Sequence record: SRR20825006_2882
Strand: one strand, 5' to 3'
Length of the DNA stretch: 38,721 nt
A model generated the notes under the pieces. The model had not been told where the DNA came from. It made no database searches and worked only from the letters and a program-made list of their open reading frames with translations. The position numbers were made by a program, and so were the translations under genes. This document shows, one piece after another, positions 17,046 to 24,283 of the stretch; the first letter of the stretch is position 1, and each line of letters starts with the position of its first letter.

Positions 17046-17253
17046 AGCGTGCTCGAGTTTGAATCATGCCTCTCCCCGGCGCGAATGAAGCGATCGAGGT
17101 GGGAGATGTGGAAATCTCTTGGCGATTTATCTCAATGTTTTTGAAAGAGGGCGCGTGGGCCTCGCTTTTTGACGCGCCCGGTGCTCGGGTAGTCGCGCTG
17201 TGCAACCCCTTTATCGGGTTGGATCATGTTTGCTTTTACCTGGCGAGGTGCTC

Positions 17254-18027
17254 TTGAGAGGTTCCCGTTTTCTGCTGCTCCCGTGTTTCTGCGTCCTGTG
17301 CCTTGTCTCCTGTGCTTCCCCTGAAACAAGCGTCAAACCTGAACCTGCGACGGCTCGGATAGAGGAGGCGCCGGTGGTGTTTCGCGAGCTCGTGCCAGGG
17401 GTGTGGTTGCACACGAGCGAGAAGGAGATCGCGCCGTGGGGGATGGTGCCGACCAATGGGCTCGTGATCGAGGACGGCGAGAGCTCGATCTTGGTCGACA
17501 CCGCCTGGGATGATTCGCAGACCGCCTATATCTTGCGTTGGGCCAGAGAGACGCTCGGGAAGCCGGTCACGCGCGCAGTGTTCACGCACGCGCACGAGGA
17601 TAAAATGGGCGGCGTCGCGGCTGTCCGAGAGAGCGGCGCGAAGACGTTTGCCGCCAGTGATTCCAACACGCTCGCTGCCGAGCGCGGCATGACTCCTGCG
17701 GAGACCGTTTTGGAGTTCGACGCGAGCGGTGTTTCCGTTCAACTCGCGCCGTTGGTGGTGTTCGATCCTGGCCCCGGACACACGGTCGATAACATCGTGG
17801 TCGGGTTACCAGAGGAGGGCGTGATTTTTGGCGGATGTCTGATTCGACCTGGAGAATCAGGGTCGCTCGGCAACGTGGCGGACGCGGATATCACCCATTG
17901 GGATCGGGCGGTCGAGCTTGTCTCGGGCCAGTTTCCCGACGCCAGGAGCGTGATTCCTAGCCATGGTCCACCAGCGGGTCGAGAGCTGCTCGAGCACACG
18001 GTCGAGCTGGTTCGCGAGGCTCGGTAA
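17254..18027 (+). CDS. Subclass B1 metallo-beta-lactamase, NDM-like, predicted lipoprotein
   Basis: THAHEDKMGG (HxHxD), GPGHTVDN, FGGCLI (Zn2 Cys), SLGN, IPSHG, plus NGL, VDTAW and lipobox-like LVSC. Start uncertain (GTG 17248 or TTG 17254; ORF track 17200). Confidence 0.9.
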   Translation: MRGSRFLLLPCFCVLCLVSCASPETSVKPEPATARIEEAPVVFRELVPGVWLHTSEKEIAPWGMVPTNGLVIEDGESSILVDTAWDDSQTAYILRWARETLGKPVTRAVFTHAHEDKMGGVAAVRESGAKTFAASDSNTLAAERGMTPAETVLEFDASGVSVQLAPLVVFDPGPGHTVDNIVVGLPEEGVIFGGCLIRPGESGSLGNVADADITHWDRAVELVSGQFPDARSVIPSHGPPAGRELLEHTVELVREAR

Positions 18028-18045
18028 GTCCTTGCCCTTGGAGGA

Positions 18046-18669
18046 TCACTCGTCGTGCGTGATCAATCCCTTGGCCAGCGTATCCACGGCCATCTTGATG
18101 AAGGGCTCGAGGTCATCGCCAAACGGGTCGAGCCCGAGCGCTTCCTGAGCCATCGGCGCGACGTTGAAGAAGTTGTGCGAGGCGCCAAGCACGTAGAAGA
18201 GCAGCAGCTCGGGGCGGATCGCTTTATCCAGCGTGCCCTGTTGCTGCCCGAGCTTGAAGATGGAAATCACGGCCTCGTATTGATCGCGCAGGTGAGTGTC
18301 GATCAGCCATGTGAGTCGCGGGGATGGCGAGGTCGCCTCGTGATTGACGAGGCGAGAGACGTGGGGATGTGCCGCGCTAAAGCGCAGGAACTTCTCGAAG
18401 CTCGCCAGCAGCGCTTCGTGTGGTGGGAGGTCAGGATCGAGCGCCGTCACCACGCGAATCTCACCGAAGACGCGGTTCATCGCGGCTTTCCAGAGGTCTT
18501 CTTTCGAGCCAAAGTGATGGTAAACCAGCGGCTGCGCGACCTTTGCCGCGCGCGCGAGCTTGGTGGTCGAGGTGCCGTCGTAGCCCACCGCCGAGAAGGA
18601 TTCGATCGCGGCCTGGAGCAAGCGCTCCTTGCCATCCTGGTCGCTCGTGCTCTTGGCTTTCGATGACAC
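18046..18669 (-). CDS. TetR/AcrR-family transcriptional regulator
   Basis: ERLLQAAIESFSAVGYDGTSTTKLARAAKVAQPLVYHHFGSKEDLW is a TetR HTH. Confidence 0.93.
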   Translation of the reverse strand: MSSKAKSTSDQDGKERLLQAAIESFSAVGYDGTSTTKLARAAKVAQPLVYHHFGSKEDLWKAAMNRVFGEIRVVTALDPDLPPHEALLASFEKFLRFSAAHPHVSRLVNHEATSPSPRLTWLIDTHLRDQYEAVISIFKLGQQQGTLDKAIRPELLLFYVLGASHNFFNVAPMAQEALGLDPFGDDLEPFIKMAVDTLAKGLITHDE

Positions 18670-18689
18670 CTTTGGAGTTCCTTTCGAGG

Positions 18690-21600
18690 TCAGGCGAAGA
18701 CGTCCGTCAGGTATCTGCCCTGTTGGACGAGCGCTTCGAGTTTCTCGACCCCGCTCGAGTCATCCTCATCATCTGATCCCGAGAGGATGCGCGCCAGGGT
18801 TTCGTAGACTGCGGGCTCCATGTGGCGCCCATCACCGCAGACGTATACCACAGCGCCTTCATCGACAAGAGCACGAACCCTCTCTCTGGCACGCCAAACG
18901 GCGTGTTGGACGAAGCGATGTTCCTCGTCTGGTCCTTCAGAGAAGGCGGGGAAGACTTCGAGCAAACCGTGTTCGACCATCGGCTCCCACTCCTGATGAT
19001 AGAGGAAGTCGACCTCGGGGTGGTCACACCCGAAGAAGAGCAGGGCGCGCCCCTCGCCGCGGTGCTCGAGCTCTTGCAGGAAGCCGCGAAACGGCGCGAT
19101 CCCCGAGCCAGCGCCGATGAGAATCATCGGCGTCGCGTGATCCTCTGGCGGATAGAAAGGCTTGGTGGGTCGCTCGAGCAGCAGGGTGAGTTTGTCGCCA
19201 GGTTCGGTCTTTGCCAGGTAGTTCGACGCGATCCCCTTGTGGCGACCTTCCCCAGACCACGCTGGCGCGTCGAGCACAGACACGGTCAAGCTACACTGCG
19301 AGGAGGACTGCGTTGGCGAGGACGCGATCGAATAGCGCCTTCGGCGCATGGCAGGCAGCATCGCGAGCGCGTTGGCGAATGAAACAGCGCTCGAGGGGAA
19401 TCTCTCCAGGAGCTCGACCAGTGATAATCGCTTCGAGAAGACCTCGTCTTGATAGGCTCGCTCATCATTGGCCAGACGATCGAGCTCGGCCTGGTGCGGC
19501 GGACATGCGTTGTTTTTTGCCAACCTGGCGACATCCGAGCGCGTCGCCGGTGCGGCGAGTTCGACATGTCTTGCCAGCAACTCGCCGACAGAAATTGGCT
19601 GCTCGGTGGGCAGCGATGCATCCGCCATCGGCGCGCGAACCACCACCACATCATTTTGTTTCACGTGAAGCACGCGCGCCGCTCTGGCGACGAGCTCGGG
19701 TGGATTCTCTGGCAAAACCGAAACGTAGTCACCGACGTGGTAGCGGCTGTTTTCAGGGAGCGCGATCTCGAGGTGGCGTTTGGAGCGCGCGAACGGGGCG
19801 TTCATATCGACGAGTTCGCGGTTTTCGAGCACTTCGCTCTCGAGCAGAGATCGCCTGGAGAGCCACTCGTCCCATTGCCGGGCGCCGACTGGTTCGACCT
19901 GATAGAGCGCCTCATGATCGTCTTTCGCGTCCAGTGAGAATGCGTCATTGGCGGCATCCCAGAATTGCTCGGACCATTGCTCGATTGTGCCAAAGAAGTC
20001 ACCAGCGGCGTCCGCTTCGCCTCGTGGTGTGATGCGCGTGGCGCCGCATCGCTCGAGCTCTGAATCGAGGAGTTTCGGGATCGCCTGATAGGTCGAAGCC
20101 CAGTCGCGATGCCCGCAGCCGAGGACGGCAAATCGAGTGTCCTCGAACGCGCCCTCGGGCTGTTGTTTTAGCCACGAGACAAAGGTTCGCGCGTTGTCTG
20201 GCGGGTTGCCGTTGTAGGAAGCCGAGACGAGGATGATGGCGCCCTGGTCCGGGAGTTCGCCGGTTTGGGCGTCGAGTGACTTTGCCGACGCGTTCCAACC
20301 CCGCGCTGCGCCTGTGGCGGCGAGCTTTCTGGCGACCGCTTCGGCCGATCCCGCGTTCGAACCGAAGAGCACCAGCAGCGGCGTTTGATGGGCATCAGTG
20401 ATTTCGGTTTCTTCACGCTTGTTCGCCTGGAGTGCGCTCGTCGAGACCGTGGTGTTTCTTTGCACGACGTCGCGGCGTTTTTTGGCGCGCACGTAGAGAT
20501 CGGCGGGTTTTGTCGTGAGCGCCTCTTTTTCGTGGAGTGTGTACGGGGCAGGGCGCTCGAGGTCAAAGCGTTGCACGAGCATCGAGAGCGCGAGCTTGGC
20601 CTCCTGCATGGCGAACTGCGAGCCGATGCATGCGCGAGGGCCGTTGCCAAAGGGCATCCAGGCGCGATCGGGGATCTTGCCGATGTTTTCTGGAGAGAAG
20701 CGCTCGGGGTCGAACACTTCAGGTTTGTGCCAGACCCTGGGATCTCGGTGGATTTCAGGGAGCAGGAGCAAGAATTTGCTCCCTGCGGGGACCTCCCATT
20801 TGCCGGCGAGCGTGGTGTCCTCGATCGCTTCTACGCCGAAGGCGGGAGCGGTCGGAGAGAGGCGCAAGGACTCGCGCAGGACCTGTTCTGTGTAGGTCAG
20901 CTTGGCGACATCCGAGAAGATGGGGATGCGGTCTTCGAGGATCTCGTCGACTTCATCGCGAAGCCTCTTCATCGCGACGGGGTTATCGAGCAGGTAGTGC
21001 GTGGCATAAGAGAGGAGGCCGCTCGTGGTTTCATGGCCAGCGATGAGGAAGGTCACGAGCTGGTGTCGGATGTTCTCATCGCTGAGCTTTTCGCCGGTCA
21101 CAGGATCAGCGCTCACGAGCATACGTTCGAGCAAGTCCTGTGGTGTTTGTTCGCCGCGTGCGTGCATCGCCTTACGCTTTTGGACGACCTCTTCGGTGGT
21201 GCGTTGGATCACATCGAGCGCTTCGTCGAGGGCTCGCTGCCTGTGAACCAGCGCGCTGTTGAGGACAGCCGGGCGCTTGGTTCTCGCCGAGGATTCGATG
21301 AGGCTCTCGAGCATGGCGTCGACGAATTCGTGCTGCCCCTCCTGATAAAACGAGTTGAAGCGGAAGTTGAACGCGCAGAGCGCGAGCGTGTCGAGCGTCA
21401 GACGCGTCCATTGATCGGGGACATCATGGATTTCTTCAGGACCGAAGCGCTCCCAACGCGTGAGCATTTGTTCGATGATGTCGAGCATCGGCTCGAAGTA
21501 GTCAGGGAGCGCCATGGTGCCAAAAGCGGGCATGAGCAGGCGGTGCGCCTTTGCCCAGTTTGGCTCGTGGTTGTAGGCGGTGAAGAGGCCATCGCCGCCG

Positions 21601-21851
21601 AGCATCCGAAGCTCCACCAGCGGCGCGCTCAACGCTTTTTGAAACCGCGTCGTATCAGAGAGTTCTTTTGCCAGAGCATGTGAGCTCACGATGTGAATGC
21701 GATCGCTGGGCAACGTGAGGCGGAAGATCGGGCCGTGAGCACGCGCCAACCTGCGAAAGCTCGCGACGACGTGTCCGGTATCGACCTCGAGCATGCTCCC
21801 GAGGATGGGCAGAGTGATCGGGCTGGGCAGGGTGTCGAGTGTGTAGAGCAT
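18690..21851 (-). CDS. Self-sufficient cytochrome P450 / diflavin reductase fusion (CYP102/P450 BM3-like)
   Basis: GDGLFT, TFLIAGHETTSG, ESLR, PERF, heme ligand PFGNGPRACIG; flavodoxin GSNAGSAE and SYNG; FNR RRYSIASS, GAGSGIAPFRGF, YVCGDG, C-terminal YLTDVFA. Start at 21851 or 21878. Confidence 0.95.
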   Translation of the reverse strand: MLYTLDTLPSPITLPILGSMLEVDTGHVVASFRRLARAHGPIFRLTLPSDRIHIVSSHALAKELSDTTRFQKALSAPLVELRMLGGDGLFTAYNHEPNWAKAHRLLMPAFGTMALPDYFEPMLDIIEQMLTRWERFGPEEIHDVPDQWTRLTLDTLALCAFNFRFNSFYQEGQHEFVDAMLESLIESSARTKRPAVLNSALVHRQRALDEALDVIQRTTEEVVQKRKAMHARGEQTPQDLLERMLVSADPVTGEKLSDENIRHQLVTFLIAGHETTSGLLSYATHYLLDNPVAMKRLRDEVDEILEDRIPIFSDVAKLTYTEQVLRESLRLSPTAPAFGVEAIEDTTLAGKWEVPAGSKFLLLLPEIHRDPRVWHKPEVFDPERFSPENIGKIPDRAWMPFGNGPRACIGSQFAMQEAKLALSMLVQRFDLERPAPYTLHEKEALTTKPADLYVRAKKRRDVVQRNTTVSTSALQANKREETEITDAHQTPLLVLFGSNAGSAEAVARKLAATGAARGWNASAKSLDAQTGELPDQGAIILVSASYNGNPPDNARTFVSWLKQQPEGAFEDTRFAVLGCGHRDWASTYQAIPKLLDSELERCGATRITPRGEADAAGDFFGTIEQWSEQFWDAANDAFSLDAKDDHEALYQVEPVGARQWDEWLSRRSLLESEVLENRELVDMNAPFARSKRHLEIALPENSRYHVGDYVSVLPENPPELVARAARVLHVKQNDVVVVRAPMADASLPTEQPISVGELLARHVELAAPATRSDVARLAKNNACPPHQAELDRLANDERAYQDEVFSKRLSLVELLERFPSSAVSFANALAMLPAMRRRRYSIASSPTQSSSQCSLTVSVLDAPAWSGEGRHKGIASNYLAKTEPGDKLTLLLERPTKPFYPPEDHATPMILIGAGSGIAPFRGFLQELEHRGEGRALLFFGCDHPEVDFLYHQEWEPMVEHGLLEVFPAFSEGPDEEHRFVQHAVWRARERVRALVDEGAVVYVCGDGRHMEPAVYETLARILSGSDDEDDSSGVEKLEALVQQGRYLTDVFA

Positions 21852-21875
21852 GGCGTTCCTCACGATTGATTCATT

Positions 21876-21919
21876 CACTTATAGTCTTATAAGTGCGTCT
21901 GCTTATAAAGCTATAAGTG
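21876..21919. promoter_or_regulatory. AT-rich imperfect inverted repeat, candidate TetR operator
   Basis: CACTTATAGTCTTATAAG (21876-21893) and CTTATAAAGCTATAAGTG (21902-21919) are 16/18 complementary, immediately upstream of the P450-tetR unit. Confidence 0.65.
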
Positions 21920-22013
21920 CTCGCGATGACGTGTCAACACTCGCGTGTTTGTTTTGTCGCGTGTGGTGTCTCGTGCGAGGAGGTGTGCAGCCGTGAACCA
22001 GCGGCGGTGGCCC

Positions 22014-22095
22014 GCGACCCGAGGGGCCGCGACATTTGCCGGGGGTGGTCGAACGCGCACCCCGCGGGGGCAAATGTCGCGGCCCCTCGGGTCGC
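22014..22095. repeat. Perfect 27-bp inverted repeat with 28-nt partly self-complementary spacer
   Basis: GCGACCCGAGGGGCCGCGACATTTGCC (22014-22040) pairs with GGCAAATGTCGCGGCCCCTCGGGTCGC (22069-22095). Confidence 0.95.
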
Positions 22096-22115
22096 TCGAC
22101 GCCAACACTTCGCGC

Positions 22116-22164
22116 AAAAAAGATGCGGCGAGGCGCTGATTTTTAATCAGCGCCTCGCCGCATC
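22116..22164 (-). terminator. Intrinsic terminator downstream of ndh
   Basis: 20-bp stem (22122-22141 / 22145-22164) followed on the minus strand by a 6-U tract (22121-22116), 30 nt after the ndh stop. Confidence 0.8.
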
Positions 22165-22193
22165 ATTCGAAGGTTATGTCTTTGTTAAAGCTC

Positions 22194-23543
22194 TCAGGCG
22201 GCCTCGGTGCCGAGTTGTCGTTTTTCGACCGCTTCGAGCTGTGCGGGGGTGCCTTCCATCAGGAGTTTTCTGCCAAAACCATCCGCGTCGGCGCCGACGA
22301 TAAGTCGGGTGCTGCGGCGGAAGGCGATATAGGAGTACGTCCAGTTGATCAGGACGCTGACCTTGTTTCGAAAGCCGACCAGGAAGATCAGGTGAATGAA
22401 CAGCCAGGCGAGCCAGGCGATAAAGCCCTTCATCTTGAAGTTGCCGACTTCGGCGACGGCGGAGGCGCGACCGATGGTGGCCATGGTGCCCTTGTCCAGG
22501 TAGGAGAAGGCTTCGCGCTTCTTGCCTGCGATGTGCGCCTTGATGTTCTTGGCGACGTGCTTGCCCTGTTGTGATGCCACAGGCGCCAGACCTGGCAGGA
22601 CGCCGTTGTCATCGTGATCGAAGTGCGCGATATCACCGATCGCGTAGACCCTGGGATCATCGGGGAGCGTGAGGTCTGCTTCGATGATGACGCGGCCCGC
22701 GCGGTCCTGCTCGGTGTCGAGCGTATCCGCGAGGCCCTCGGCTTTCATGCCCGCTGCCCAGACGATGTTGTGCGAGAAGATCAGCTCGCCCTTGGCGGTG
22801 ACGCCTTCCTCGGTGATGTCCTCGACGAAGGTCTCGAGCATGACCTCGACGCCGCGTGATTCGAGCTGCTTCTTGGCGTTCTTGCTGGATGCTTCGCTGA
22901 AGGCGCCGAGCAAGCGATCCTGCCCCTCGATGAGGATGATGCGGGTGTTGTCAGTCTTGATGTTGCGAAAGTCCGAGGCCATCACTTCCTTGGCGATCTC
23001 GGCGATGGCGCCCGCCATTTCGACGCCCGTGGGGCCACCGCCGACGACGACAAAGGTGAGGAGCTTTTGAAGCTCTACAGGATCGGTCTCGTACTCGGCG
23101 GCTTCGAATGACATCAGCATGGTCTTGCGGATGTCGAGCGCCTCGTCCACGCTTTTCAGGCCGATGGCGTGCTCGCTCCAGGTATCATTGCCAAAGAAGT
23201 TATTCTTCATCCCTGCGGCGAGGACGAGGAAATCGTAGTCCACCTCGCCGTCCTTGAGATAGACGCGACGCTTTTCACGATCGATGCGCTCGACTTCTCC
23301 GAGCAGGACGCGCGTATTCTTGTTGCGATGGAGGACAGCGCGGATCGGCGCGGCGATATCTGCGGGGCTCAGTCCTGCGGTCGCGACCTGGTAGAGCAGG
23401 GGTTGAAAGAGGTGATAATTGTGGCGATCGATCAAGACCACTTCGACGTCGGCCTTGCGCAGGTTCATGGCGACAGCGAGGCCGCCAAAGCCTCCACCGA
23501 TGATCACGACGCGCGGTTTTCGGTTCGAATGTGCGTTGGTCAT
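22194..23543 (-). CDS. ndh: Type II NADH:quinone oxidoreductase
   Basis: VVIIGGGFGG, HLFQPLLYQVAT, FVVVGGGPTGVEMAG, YAIGD, DKGTMATIGR, WLFIHLIFLVGFRNK. Start at MTNAH (23543) after GGAAGGAGG. Confidence 0.93.
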   Translation of the reverse strand: MTNAHSNRKPRVVIIGGGFGGLAVAMNLRKADVEVVLIDRHNYHLFQPLLYQVATAGLSPADIAAPIRAVLHRNKNTRVLLGEVERIDREKRRVYLKDGEVDYDFLVLAAGMKNNFFGNDTWSEHAIGLKSVDEALDIRKTMLMSFEAAEYETDPVELQKLLTFVVVGGGPTGVEMAGAIAEIAKEVMASDFRNIKTDNTRIILIEGQDRLLGAFSEASSKNAKKQLESRGVEVMLETFVEDITEEGVTAKGELIFSHNIVWAAGMKAEGLADTLDTEQDRAGRVIIEADLTLPDDPRVYAIGDIAHFDHDDNGVLPGLAPVASQQGKHVAKNIKAHIAGKKREAFSYLDKGTMATIGRASAVAEVGNFKMKGFIAWLAWLFIHLIFLVGFRNKVSVLINWTYSYIAFRRSTRLIVGADADGFGRKLLMEGTPAQLEAVEKRQLGTEAA

Positions 23544-23738
23544 TGGGGCGCCTCCTTCCTGTATTGAAAGCCAGGTCGCTCGACAGCACACTGTATGTGC
23601 GCGCGAAGGCCTGGATGAGAGGGCTGAATCGTGATTCAGTCCTCTTCGGGTCTCAACCTATTCACGCCCGGTGGTCTGGAAAGTGTAAGTCTGACACTTT
23701 CAGAGGCCGCAGCCACTTCCGAAACGAGCGAGTCATCG

Positions 23739-24233
23739 ATGGAGCCTGTTCAGCACCAGAAAACAGCATCTCGCGATCTCAGGCAAACGCCATTTCTCGC
23801 GGTCCACCTTTTTCTCACTCGCGGCGAGGAGATCCTGTGGTTGCTTCGTGAAGGGACAGGTTGGTTGGATGGTCATTACAGCGTCGTCGCTGGCCATGTC
23901 GATGCCAGAGAGTCGGCCAGCGCCGCGATGATTCGTGAGGCGAGAGAGGAGGTCGGGATCACGCTCTCGCCGCATGATCTCGAGCATGTGGTGACGGTGC
24001 ATCGTAACTCGGATACGGAGCGTATCGACCTCTTCTTTCTGGCGCGCGATTTCGAGGGGGAGGTTCGGAACATGGAGCCCGAGAAGTGCAGTGAGCTCGT
24101 GTGGGCCTCTTTCGATCACGCGCCGCAGCCACGCGTTCCTTACGTGGAGGCTGCATTCAGGGCATGGCGTGGCGGGATAGCCTATGTCGAGTTTGGCTGG
24201 GAGGAACAATCCTGCATGCCGCATGTCTCATAA
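23739..24233 (+). CDS. Nudix hydrolase
   Basis: Nudix box GHVDARESASAAMIREAREEVGI and NMEPEKC. Start at MEPVQ (approximate). Confidence 0.88.
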   Translation: MEPVQHQKTASRDLRQTPFLAVHLFLTRGEEILWLLREGTGWLDGHYSVVAGHVDARESASAAMIREAREEVGITLSPHDLEHVVTVHRNSDTERIDLFFLARDFEGEVRNMEPEKCSELVWASFDHAPQPRVPYVEAAFRAWRGGIAYVEFGWEEQSCMPHVS

Positions 24234-24283
24234 GAGGAGAGACCGAGACCAGCATCAACGCGATCCGCGAGAGGGTGAGGACG

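Noticed and set aside
17046-18045. Mobile-element context for the beta-lactamase
   Set aside because: No transposase, integrase, terminal repeats or target duplication is visible around the gene.
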